From a virus (Duplodnaviria > Heunggongvirae > Uroviricota > Caudoviricetes): a stretch of 64,000 bases of DNA. Shown here piece after piece: positions 28,187 through 36,962 of the stretch. A program made the translations under genes and the position numbers. The stretch is from the IMG/VR virus record IMGVR_UViG_3300031949_000001, positions 219,305 to 283,304 of that record. One strand, 5' to 3'. Below the pieces are notes generated by a model, which made no database searches, was not told the DNA's origin, and saw only the letters and a program-made list of their open reading frames with translations. Numbering within the stretch: position 1 is the first letter of the stretch; every line of letters starts with the position of its first letter.

Positions 28187-28579
28187 TTAGACTTCTTTTA
28201 ATAACTCCCTCAATATGAGTAGCTCAGATTCTGTTATGGTGCGCTTATATTGCAGCCAGTTTGTCAACAGATGTTCAATGTTTGCAGCGCCAATTTGATT
28301 GGCTGAGTGAACCTGAAACCTGAAGTTTGGTTGTAAGAAATCACGATGTTTTTCAACAGCATCTAAATCTTTTTCGACTAACCATTTGGCGAAAGCATAG
28401 CCATCATTACCTTCTTCGTGTCCAAGGTCATGATCAAAACTAACAACGGTTGGTGCTCCCCGACCAGTAACTAATTCTTTAGCTTGAGATACTGAACGGG
28501 CGATTACCCATTTCGTGATACCTAGCGGATTTGCGGCTTCGGAAGGGGAGCGTAGATCGTCTAGAAAAAGATTCCACAT
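28187..28579 (-). CDS. hypothetical protein with CheY-like receiver-type motifs
   Basis: LFLDDLR ... VSFDHDLG ... YAFAKW resemble the DD/D/K positions of REC domains. Confidence 0.35.
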   Translation of the reverse strand: MWNLFLDDLRSPSEAANPLGITKWVIARSVSQAKELVTGRGAPTVVSFDHDLGHEEGNDGYAFAKWLVEKDLDAVEKHRDFLQPNFRFQVHSANQIGAANIEHLLTNWLQYKRTITESELLILRELLKEV

Positions 28580-28667
28580 AAACTACTCCTATGATTAGAT
28601 CGTAGCCGTATTTACCGGAAATGTCAATAGAAAAGCCACCCGAAAGCGGCTTTTCTAAGTTAGATTT

Positions 28668-30140
28668 TTAGAAGTCGTACTGAAGACGCATCATAATTAC
28701 CTTCTCACCATTTGTCTTAGCAACAGATGGTGTTGAAGCAGCTTGAGAGACAATCACTGGACTGTTGAATTTAGTATCAACATAGTTCAACATTAGACGA
28801 GTTCTTGGATTAAGAATCCAATTCACACCATATGTGATAGATGTTGCGCTAGTTGTAAATGCTGCACTCGCTGTTGAAGTAGGAATGACACCTGTACCAG
28901 CCTTACCGGTTGCGAAATCATCAGCATTAAACTGACTGAAACGAATACCAACTTCCCACCCACCACCACTAAGAGTCTTATAGTCAAAATCTTTCTTTGG
29001 TTTCATACGGTCGAACTTGCCATCCTTATACCGATCAGCGTAATGTTCACCCGTGATCATCCACATTATATCCACATAATTACTGGTGATTTTTTTGTCG
29101 TAGCCGACATTGGCTACCGAAACTCCACTGTAGTTGACTGACATCATTTCAGTTTGTATCTTAAAATTCTTATAAGCTAATACACCTTCAAGACCGGTAC
29201 GAGTCCGGGACAAATCAGCTCCAGTAAATGTACTCGGTGTAAAAAATATGATACCACGAGATTCAGTTCTACCGCTTACTGCCGCTCCGATTGGCTCGGT
29301 GCCTGTTGTGTAGCCAATTCCAAGATGAACAACAGTGTCTTTCCAAGAAAACAATTCAGCAAAGTTGATTGTGCCGCGTGCGATAATATCATTGCTATCG
29401 ACCGTATTTACTGTTTCGTTTGCGTTCTTACCTTGACCAGTAGACAATGCCAATGCATATGTGGTACCAGCCAATGGTGTACCATGAACCATGATACCGC
29501 GTTCCTTATTAGGAACCATCGAATTACCCATCGAACGTTCCATGAAATCGGTGAACAAGTCGCTTGTCATCTCTTCCAAACTGAAAGGCATCTTGAATTG
29601 ACCAACGCGGAACTGTGCTTCTTTCCAATAGTTGACGTTTAAATATGCTTCGTCAAGTACGCTTGCTCCACTACCACCACCGAAATCACCAATTATAAGC
29701 CATTCATACGAACCGTAGAATTTACCCTTCAAACCCAAAAAGCCTCTACGAATGTCGAATGTATTTGCTGTTGCGCCTGCCGCATCACCACCAAACTTAC
29801 GATAATCAAGTTGTAGACGAACTGTTGGGGCGAATGAGAAATTTTTGTCAGTACTTTCAAAAACCAAAGAACCGTCTTTAAGTTTACCTTTTACATCTGT
29901 TTTTGCGTTTTCCTTTGCTTTCTCTTTAGCTTCTATGTCCTGGGCTACCCTTAGAGCGGTTGCTCTACGATCAGCCCGTTGTGTTAATGTTTCCTCTTCA
30001 TGCTGGTTCGAAAGCGTCTTATACTCATCATCAGTTAATTTACCACTGTCATGAAGTGTATCGAGAAGATTAGTCGTTGTATCTGCATACACGAATCCTA
30101 TGCACATACTCAATGCGATTGTCATAATTAATTGTTTCAT
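28668..30140 (-). CDS. phosphate-selective porin O/P-like outer-membrane beta-barrel
   Basis: Signal peptide, alternating amphipathic strands and a C-terminal ...LQYDF with terminal Phe. Shares an operon with pstS. Confidence 0.6.
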   Translation of the reverse strand: MKQLIMTIALSMCIGFVYADTTTNLLDTLHDSGKLTDDEYKTLSNQHEEETLTQRADRRATALRVAQDIEAKEKAKENAKTDVKGKLKDGSLVFESTDKNFSFAPTVRLQLDYRKFGGDAAGATANTFDIRRGFLGLKGKFYGSYEWLIIGDFGGGSGASVLDEAYLNVNYWKEAQFRVGQFKMPFSLEEMTSDLFTDFMERSMGNSMVPNKERGIMVHGTPLAGTTYALALSTGQGKNANETVNTVDSNDIIARGTINFAELFSWKDTVVHLGIGYTTGTEPIGAAVSGRTESRGIIFFTPSTFTGADLSRTRTGLEGVLAYKNFKIQTEMMSVNYSGVSVANVGYDKKITSNYVDIMWMITGEHYADRYKDGKFDRMKPKKDFDYKTLSGGGWEVGIRFSQFNADDFATGKAGTGVIPTSTASAAFTTSATSITYGVNWILNPRTRLMLNYVDTKFNSPVIVSQAASTPSVAKTNGEKVIMMRLQYDF

Positions 30141-30142
30141 GG

Positions 30143-31117
30143 TTATTCCTTAGTTTCCATTTTAATTAGTTGCTCGATGGTTAGTCCTACTTTATTCTCT
30201 CCACCGAATTTTGTTCCGAATTTTTTACTTCTAGCGTGTGTTAGATTGTATTCATAAGCATGAACAGGCAAAGGCACATACTTGACTTCTTTAACTAATT
30301 TCGGCGCGTTCTTCATGTAGTACTCTATGAATCGTTGAACTTCCGATCTTTCGAAAGACCTTGCATTAACATAGATAAAGAGAGGTCTGGATAATGGTTG
30401 ATAAGTACCGTTCATAACTGTTTCTACGGAAGGACCGACCGGCTTTGCCCCAGTCTTGGAAATGATTAGAACTGCCCTTAGTTTGTTACGATTTTCATCA
30501 AAATAAGCAAACCCAAAATATCCAAGCGAATTCACATCTTGAGAAACGCCTTGAACTAGAACATTGTCATCTTCGCTCGCAGTAAAGTCACCACGAGAAG
30601 ATTTGGTTTTTCCAACAATAGCTTCGGTAAAATAATCAAATGTTCCAGAATCAGCACCGGGACCATAAAGCTTCAATTGAGTATTTGTCCATGCTGGATT
30701 TATTTGATTCCATTTTGTAATTTTACCCTGCGCCATCGGCTCCCATATTTTCTTTAGTTCTTCGACAGTAATGCTATTAAGCCAAGTATTTTTAGAGCTA
30801 ACAACAACAGTCAGAGCATCAAACGCAACTGGTAGTTCATAATACTGAATGCCGGCTACTTTACAAGCTTCCATTTCGGATTTGAGGATAGGACGAGACG
30901 CGTTAGCAATATCAATTTCGCCTCGACAAAACTTCTTAAACCCGCCGCCTGTACCAGAAATACCAACAGTAACTTTGGTGTGTGTCGATGATTGAAAGTC
31001 TTCTGCTACTGCCTCTGATATAGGAAACACTGTGCTCGATCCGTCTAGTTTAACTAACTGAGCATGTGCGGTTACAGAACAAAACAAAAAAGTAAGGATT
31101 GTTAGAACTGTCTTCAT
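30143..31117 (-). CDS. pstS: phosphate ABC transporter substrate-binding protein
   Basis: Signal peptide plus [17 protein letters not shown] and GISGTGGG motifs; 324 aa. Confidence 0.85.
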   Translation of the reverse strand: MKTVLTILTFLFCSVTAHAQLVKLDGSSTVFPISEAVAEDFQSSTHTKVTVGISGTGGGFKKFCRGEIDIANASRPILKSEMEACKVAGIQYYELPVAFDALTVVVSSKNTWLNSITVEELKKIWEPMAQGKITKWNQINPAWTNTQLKLYGPGADSGTFDYFTEAIVGKTKSSRGDFTASEDDNVLVQGVSQDVNSLGYFGFAYFDENRNKLRAVLIISKTGAKPVGPSVETVMNGTYQPLSRPLFIYVNARSFERSEVQRFIEYYMKNAPKLVKEVKYVPLPVHAYEYNLTHARSKKFGTKFGGENKVGLTIEQLIKMETKE

Positions 31118-31198
31118 ATTATTCCTTTGGTTAAGTTATACCAGAATTATTACAGTGGTCTGGTGTATTTACTAACTATCTGAGTATAAAGGAATTTT

Positions 31199-31216
31199 GT
31201 GACAGTAGTATGACAG
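31199..31216 (-). promoter_or_regulatory. Pho box (PhoB binding site) upstream of pstS
   Basis: The minus strand reads CTGTCAT-ACTA-CTGTCAC, two 7-nt direct repeats with a 4-nt spacer, matching the CTGTCAT A(A/T)A(T/A) CTGTCAY consensus. It lies about 85 nt upstream of the start. Confidence 0.6.
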
Positions 31217-31240
31217 TTTTGTTAAATTAATGTTACAACC

Positions 31241-31279
31241 CGAAATAAAAGGGGGTTCATCGGACCAGGATGAACCCCC
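31241..31279 (-). terminator. rho-independent terminator downstream of the SPFH gene
   Basis: 11-bp stem GGGGGTTCATC...GATGAACCCCC followed by TTTTATTTC on the minus strand. Confidence 0.6.
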
Positions 31280-31324
31280 TTTCGAGGAGCAGTCTCACAT
31301 GAAGGAAGAGACTGTTTATTTTGC

Positions 31325-32557
31325 TTACTTCTTTACCTTAGCGGTCGCTTCCTTACCAGCAGTCTGCAAGTCTATGCTAAGCTGCTTAGCTGCATTAGCA
31401 GTCATGATTTCCATAAATGTCTGTGCATTGATTACAGCGGAGCCACCACCATTAGCGCCACCGCCGATCACGACGCCTGGAACCATGTTGCCAGGGAATC
31501 CTTGGAAAGCAGTAGCCCATGCCTTATTAATTTCGATAAGGGCATCAAGTTTAGGTTGCAAAGCACCGTCAGCATTCATTACAAGTTTCTTTCTTTCGGC
31601 ATCACCCTCGCCGCGCAGAATCTGTGCTTTCTTATACTGTTCAGCTTGTTTAGCATCGAGTGTTGCAACTTCAAGTTGCTGTTGAGCCTCTGTAACAACC
31701 TTAGCCTTGATTGTTTCTTGTTCCCACTTAGCCTTGGCAGCGTTTGCCTCACCTTGCTTAACCGCAGTAATAGCTTCCTGTTCAGCACGCAGGGCAGCAG
31801 CCCTCGAAATCTGAACCTGAGTTGTGGCGCCTTGTCTTTCAGCGATCTGTTTTTCAACTATAGCATCGTAATCGATGGCGCGAATTGAAACCGGTTGAAG
31901 CTTGATACCGTATTCATCAAGAATGGAACCTTGCTGCCGTTTTGGCATACCTTTTTCATCGTGTGCGATCTTAACAAGAGTGATTTGTTTCTTTTCTCCA
32001 GTAAGCGGATCGGGCGCGAAAGTAGTTTCGGTTGTGGTAACATAGATACCATTTTGTGCTTGATCATTAATATACTGAACCAATTCAGCGCGACGTTCTG
32101 CTGAGGATTCCGTCGAAGACATTAGTGGACCAGACATATAGATAGCGTTGTCAACCATCTTGGAGATACCCTTAGCAATAATTCCCTCGGAACTACTAAA
32201 ATTCTGTTGAATTGCGATGATACTCTTGCAATCTGAAGGCATTAGCCAGTTGACGGAACCGGACAAGTCTGCGTGTCCACCATCATTAAAACGTATCTTT
32301 TTGGAATTGTCAATGATTTCCTTACCCTTTTCCTTCAAGAAGTCATAAGACTCTTGACGTGGATACTTGGTAACATGTCCCAACCATTGTGGTTGCCAGC
32401 CGGGCTGTGTGAAGCAATTAAGCTTTCCACCAAGACTCTGAATAACCATGACCTTGTCGGATTCCAAATTAACTGCCATATTTGGAAGAATGATAACCGC
32501 AACTATAGCCAATACAACAGCAGCAGCCATACCTAGAATTTTATTTAAAGTCCACAT
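31325..32557 (-). CDS. SPFH/band-7 (stomatin/prohibitin-like) membrane protein
   Basis: N-terminal transmembrane helix, SPFH domain, long Ala/Glu/Lys/Gln coiled coil; 410 aa. Confidence 0.7.
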   Translation of the reverse strand: MWTLNKILGMAAAVVLAIVAVIILPNMAVNLESDKVMVIQSLGGKLNCFTQPGWQPQWLGHVTKYPRQESYDFLKEKGKEIIDNSKKIRFNDGGHADLSGSVNWLMPSDCKSIIAIQQNFSSSEGIIAKGISKMVDNAIYMSGPLMSSTESSAERRAELVQYINDQAQNGIYVTTTETTFAPDPLTGEKKQITLVKIAHDEKGMPKRQQGSILDEYGIKLQPVSIRAIDYDAIVEKQIAERQGATTQVQISRAAALRAEQEAITAVKQGEANAAKAKWEQETIKAKVVTEAQQQLEVATLDAKQAEQYKKAQILRGEGDAERKKLVMNADGALQPKLDALIEINKAWATAFQGFPGNMVPGVVIGGGANGGGSAVINAQTFMEIMTANAAKQLSIDLQTAGKEATAKVKK

Positions 32558-32573
32558 ATTAGTTTCCTTTCTC

Positions 32574-32855
32574 TTAAGATTGAATTGTGTCAGTAGGCTT
32601 TTGCTCGGTCTGAGCAGTACTTTCTGACGGGGTTGTAGGATTAAGTCTTTTATTAAGTTCTTCGACTTTATCCTTTAGATCCAGTTCATGAAGTTGTTGG
32701 TTGAGTTCAGTGTATTGCGCACTCAACTCTTTCTCGGTTTTCCTGAATAATGGAAAAAGCTTGCGATTCAGAATAGCTGGCATGATAATCTGCGTTACAA
32801 AAAACGCGATGACCCAAATTACTCCAGCAAATTGTAACAGACGTAACCAGAACAT
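32574..32855 (-). CDS. small membrane protein
   Basis: N-terminal transmembrane helix LLQFAGVIWVIAFFV. Confidence 0.4.
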   Translation of the reverse strand: MFWLRLLQFAGVIWVIAFFVTQIIMPAILNRKLFPLFRKTEKELSAQYTELNQQLHELDLKDKVEELNKRLNPTTPSESTAQTEQKPTDTIQS

Positions 32856-33105
32856 ATAAGTCTCCTTTTTCTCAACTTATCACGAAAAGCGTAGCACCTT
32901 TTAATACTGAAGTCAAGTACTAACGTTTGGATTAGAGAATGAAGAAGAGCCTAAGCCGGTTGGACAACCAGCACGAGGACATACATAGCCCATAACAGGA
33001 TATAGAATTAAACCACAGACAAGACATTTACCGAGCGAAAGAGGTTGTGGAAAGAGTTCGTGTGGTTCAATAGGTGGTGCAGGGATATATGGTGGGGATG
33101 TTCGT

Positions 33106-33843
33106 TTGATTTCCATTTTTGTGCCTAATAAATACATCAACTATTTGTGGGGTATTTCAATGTATTACATCATATACAAAATCACAAATGTTGTCAATAA
33201 TAAAATATATATCGGAAAACACAAAACCTTAGATTTAAATGATAATTATATGGGTTCTGGTAAGTATCTAAAACGCGCCATTAAGAAATATGGAATAGAA
33301 AACTTCAAAAAAGAAGTATTACATTATTGTAACTCTGATGAAGACATGATAGCAAAAGAACGAGAAATAGTTAACGAAGAATTCTTGAGTAGGACGGATA
33401 TTTATAATCTAAAAATTGGTGGAGAGGGTGGGTTTGATTATATAAACAAGTCTGAAAAGAAATTAGAATATGTTAGAAAAGGCAGAACAGAGGCAAATAA
33501 AAAAGATGCCCATATAAAAGCAGCCCAAAAACGTAAAGAACAGATGGCATTATATGGGTGTCCGTTGGGTAACTATTTAGGAAGTTTTAAAACTGATAAA
33601 GAATTACAGAAACTTGGACATAAATTTGCTAATACACCATCAGCAAAAGATAAAAGGAAGGAAACTTACAAAGAAATTAAGCATCAACAAGGCGAAACTA
33701 ATTCTCAATATGGCACTTGTTGGATTTATAATTTAAAATTAAAACAAACCATGCTAGTTAAAAAAGAAAGTTTGAAAGAATATGAAAATCTCGGATGGAA
33801 TCTTGGACATAAAATGAGATTTCATAAACCAAAAATAACATAA
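33106..33843 (+). CDS. GIY-YIG homing endonuclease
   Basis: YIIYKITN...KIYIGK with canonical spacing, Arg and Glu catalytic residues, and a basic C-terminal DNA-binding region. Confidence 0.75.
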   Translation: MISIFVPNKYINYLWGISMYYIIYKITNVVNNKIYIGKHKTLDLNDNYMGSGKYLKRAIKKYGIENFKKEVLHYCNSDEDMIAKEREIVNEEFLSRTDIYNLKIGGEGGFDYINKSEKKLEYVRKGRTEANKKDAHIKAAQKRKEQMALYGCPLGNYLGSFKTDKELQKLGHKFANTPSAKDKRKETYKEIKHQQGETNSQYGTCWIYNLKLKQTMLVKKESLKEYENLGWNLGHKMRFHKPKIT

Positions 33844-33936
33844 AAACTGGAGCGTCCTGCGAAATTCGAATTCGCTCATTCACGTTGGAAGCGTGACATG
33901 CTACCGTTGAACACCAAGGACGCATTTAAATATTTT

Positions 33937-34039
33937 TGGAGCTTCTGGTGAGAATCGAACTCACACACTAACATTGTTATGAACACTCGTTAAAAATATT
34001 CATAGGCAATGTCAGAGGCTACCACTACATCACAGAAGC
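33937..34039 (-). other. tRNA-like element (T-arm + 7-bp acceptor stem + encoded CCA) of atypical length
   Basis: GCTTCTG pairs with CAGAAGC (7/7). T-arm GTGAG-TTCGATT-CTCAC, discriminator T, CCA. A D-loop-like AGTGGTAG is present. There are 68 nt between the acceptor and the T-arm where 41 are expected, so no canonical cloverleaf can be drawn. Confidence 0.35.
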
Positions 34040-34098
34040 ATTTTGATGCACAAGTATTTACTACTGTACATCAAAAAATTGAAACTGTCAATAGGTTT

Positions 34099-34224
34099 TT
34101 AGTACTTTTTGACTTCGGCTTGAGCCTTGGCAACTAGCTCAGCAGCCTTTGCCTTATGGTTACGATACCACCAGTAACCCAATCCAACAACCACCACGAC
34201 GGCAACTACCCAAAATAGATCCAT
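34099..34224 (-). CDS. small membrane protein (41 aa), absent from the ORF track
   Basis: ATG preceded by an AGGAGAT ribosome-binding site. Sequence MDLFWVVAVVVVVGLGYWWY..., one transmembrane helix. Confidence 0.4.
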   Translation of the reverse strand: MDLFWVVAVVVVVGLGYWWYRNHKAKAAELVAKAQAEVKKY

Positions 34225-34275
34225 GCTAATCTCCTGTTAAATAAATGTGAAAGGTGATACATTCACAGGTATTTA

Positions 34276-34617
34276 TCAACCCGGAAAGAGATGATAAATG
34301 TTAGGATAAACGTCTTCTTTTTCAATATCTTCCGGTGGAATTATTATTTCAATAATCTGCATTTCACCATTGTTTCTAGCTATCCGTTCGATTCTTTTGC
34401 GGGGCGTATTGAAATACTTTCGATACCACTCACACCGATTGTAAAGCATTCGCTTGATGTAGGTGTCAACTTTGTTATGATTTGCATCTAAAAAATTTAA
34501 TGCGAACGCCCAATCAGAAAAGGTTGGTTCGTCGGTGTTTTCAAGAATTGCTTTGGCTTGAAGCCTAATTTCGCGCATCAGATCGCCTTTCTGAATATCT
34601 TTGCATCGGTTGCCCAA
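34276..34617 (-). CDS. hypothetical protein
   Basis: 113-aa ORF. Confidence 0.4.
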   Translation of the reverse strand: MGNRCKDIQKGDLMREIRLQAKAILENTDEPTFSDWAFALNFLDANHNKVDTYIKRMLYNRCEWYRKYFNTPRKRIERIARNNGEMQIIEIIIPPEDIEKEDVYPNIYHLFPG

Positions 34618-35036
34618 ACATGGAGTTCACCAAAGTATTTGAATCCGTTTTTACGGTAGAAGTTCTGGACTGCTCGACTACCTTCAGTCCAAAGGTAAAA
34701 ATAGTTTACATTTGGATGGCTTGCTTTTAATTCGTTGATTGTTGCGTCTAGTATCTTTGATCCTAAACCTTGATTCTGATACTTAGATAAAACCCCAAAC
34801 CATCCCAACCAATATTCTCCGGTCTTTTCTTTGTAAAAGCCGGATAAACCAACTGGTTTGTTGCGATGATAGGCTACGAAATAAGGTTGTCCTGGTTTCT
34901 GGCGACGATTACGAGGATCGTAGAGTTTATTGATGACATACTTCTTGATCCAATATGGTTCATCAGGAAATATTCTAAACCACAAATCGGTGGCAACTTC
35001 TCGCTGTTCAATGTTGGTAATACGAACTAGTTTCAT
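34578..35036 (-). CDS. GNAT family N-acetyltransferase
   Basis: Motif A QNQGLGSKIL. The start was moved to MKLVRITN to reduce overlap. Confidence 0.6.
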   Translation of the reverse strand: MKLVRITNIEQREVATDLWFRIFPDEPYWIKKYVINKLYDPRNRRQKPGQPYFVAYHRNKPVGLSGFYKEKTGEYWLGWFGVLSKYQNQGLGSKILDATINELKASHPNVNYFYLWTEGSRAVQNFYRKNGFKYFGELHVWATDAKIFRKAI

Positions 35037-35463
35037 AGTGTGGTAAGCTCCTAAGCCCCGCATGAACTTCGCGATGGCATATACAACAGACCATCATACA
35101 CTTTTCAATTTCTGCGCGCAAATTTTTCTCCGAGTAATTTTTCATACCTGAAACAAGATGGTCTTTTGTGCTAGGATCAACGTGGTGAAAGTCTATGGCG
35201 GCTGCGCACTTGTCATATCCACAAATTGTACATCTCAACTTGTCTATACCACCAACGATTCGAATGATTCGTTCTTGAAATTTATTGCGTTCCCAACTCT
35301 GTAAGCAACTTAGACATTTGGCTTTTCTGCGAATGACACCGTCTTTATTCTTACCGTTCTTACCAAAGAGTTCTATTGGGAGATCGTTCTTGCAAATCTT
35401 ACAACATTTTGTTTGCATCGAGCCTCCTTCTTTGGTGTATTTACTAGAGAAGAAGGAAAGCAA
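35008..35463 (-). CDS. HNH endonuclease
   Basis: Cys clusters plus FHHVDP...N...CH..H. Confidence 0.6.
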   Translation of the reverse strand: MLSFFSSKYTKEGGSMQTKCCKICKNDLPIELFGKNGKNKDGVIRRKAKCLSCLQSWERNKFQERIIRIVGGIDKLRCTICGYDKCAAAIDFHHVDPSTKDHLVSGMKNYSEKNLRAEIEKCMMVCCICHREVHAGLRSLPHYETSSYYQH

Positions 35464-35476
35464 TCACTAACTTAAG

Positions 35477-36052
35477 TCACTTTTCCCATATGAATTCTTT
35501 TATCATTTGAATGACAGGATCAGCAAGTAGCAATTCGAAATGATTAAAACCAACTTCAATGTGCTTGGCTCCAGGAAGTTTCTTTTGACTGTCGATAGTT
35601 ATGACACCATCATTACGAGCCGCTGAGAATGGATTGTATCCTACTGTTGCAATGACATTCAAAGTCGGAACAGTTGCACCACGGTGGCGAATTTCTCGAA
35701 CTAGTGGATTGGAAGTAGCTACATTTTTAAAAAGACCATATGATGGGAAAAAGAAACGCAAATAGTTCGCACCTTCACTTCCACCGAACGGTGAAGCAAG
35801 TGACACAATTTTCTTTACGGATTTATTGTAATATCCAAGAGCCACTGCAATCAAACCACCATAACTATGAGAAATGAATTCGAACTCTTGGTTTTTTGGA
35901 AGTTTGTTGAGAATGCTGATGACTGTGGGTATAATCGGCGCTTGGCAATCGTAATCTATATCGATTGCTTCGTGTTCTGGTAGAACTGCCTTTATGTAAT
36001 TGAAACAGGTGGCGGTCTCGTTCGCGCCGTGTATATAGAATAACCGTTTCAT
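35477..36052 (-). CDS. alpha/beta hydrolase (esterase/lipase-like)
   Basis: Nucleophile elbow ISHSYGG (GxSxG); 191 aa. Confidence 0.55.
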   Translation of the reverse strand: MKRLFYIHGANETATCFNYIKAVLPEHEAIDIDYDCQAPIIPTVISILNKLPKNQEFEFISHSYGGLIAVALGYYNKSVKKIVSLASPFGGSEGANYLRFFFPSYGLFKNVATSNPLVREIRHRGATVPTLNVIATVGYNPFSAARNDGVITIDSQKKLPGAKHIEVGFNHFELLLADPVIQMIKEFIWEK

Positions 36053-36197
36053 GTCACCATCCTGCTTACTGTTGAGTAAGCTATCTTACTATCTATTTAG
36101 AGCATGTTCAAGAGCAAAATGAAAAATTCACGTAAACGTCACAAACCTGTGCTATACTGACTATTCGGATAAATATTAGCTATGAAAAAGGGCTTGC

Positions 36198-36962
36198 ATG
36201 GAACCAATTAGATACCGGACGATTTGGATATCAGACGTACATTTAGGAACGAAAGGATGTCAAGCAGAGAAACTTCATGAATTCCTTAAGCGCACCGAGA
36301 GCGATACTCTCTTTCTCGTTGGTGACATCATTGATTTTTGGGCATTAAAACGTGGCTCTAAGTGGACTAAAGAGCACAATGGCATCCTTCAAAAAATCCT
36401 CAAAAAGTCACGACACGGAACGAAGGTCATTTACATTCCAGGTAATCATGACGAAGCACTCCGCGAATATTGCGGTAGTAAATTTGGCGACATTGAAATA
36501 CATCACGATTATACGCACACAACAGCAGACGGAAAGACGATCTTTTGTCTTCATGGTGATTACTTTGATATGGTTACACGTTATCACAAATGGCTCGCTA
36601 ATTTGGGAGATGTAGGATACAACCTTCTAATACGATTGAACAACTCTCTCAACTGGCTACGTAAGATTATTGGAAAGGACCATTGGTCGCTTTCGGCTTA
36701 CATCAAGAACAAAGTCAAACAAGCGATAAGCTACGTCAGTGACTTTGAAGAAAGTGTTGCTAAGCACGCTAAAAAATTAAATGTCGATATGGTCTTGTGT
36801 GGACACATCCATTTTGCTACAATGACTGAATATCACGGTGTAAAATATCTCAACACTGGAGATTGGGTTGAAAGTCTAACCGCCATTGTCGAACATAGAG
36901 ACGGGAAACTTGAACTGATAAAATGGAATGAATATGAAAAAAGGATTGCTCGTAATAACTGA
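36198..36962 (+). CDS. LpxH-like metallophosphoesterase (UDP-2,3-diacylglucosamine hydrolase family)
   Basis: Motifs ISDVHLG, GDIIDFW, GNHDE, GHIHF; length and motif order match LpxH. Confidence 0.65.
   Translation: MEPIRYRTIWISDVHLGTKGCQAEKLHEFLKRTESDTLFLVGDIIDFWALKRGSKWTKEHNGILQKILKKSRHGTKVIYIPGNHDEALREYCGSKFGDIEIHHDYTHTTADGKTIFCLHGDYFDMVTRYHKWLANLGDVGYNLLIRLNNSLNWLRKIIGKDHWSLSAYIKNKVKQAISYVSDFEESVAKHAKKLNVDMVLCGHIHFATMTEYHGVKYLNTGDWVESLTAIVEHRDGKLELIKWNEYEKRIARNN

Noticed and set aside
33844-34100. tRNA-like element interpreted as a phage attachment site or integration scar
   Set aside because: There is no integrase, excisionase or repressor anywhere in the window. Gene content is that of a virulent T4-like phage.
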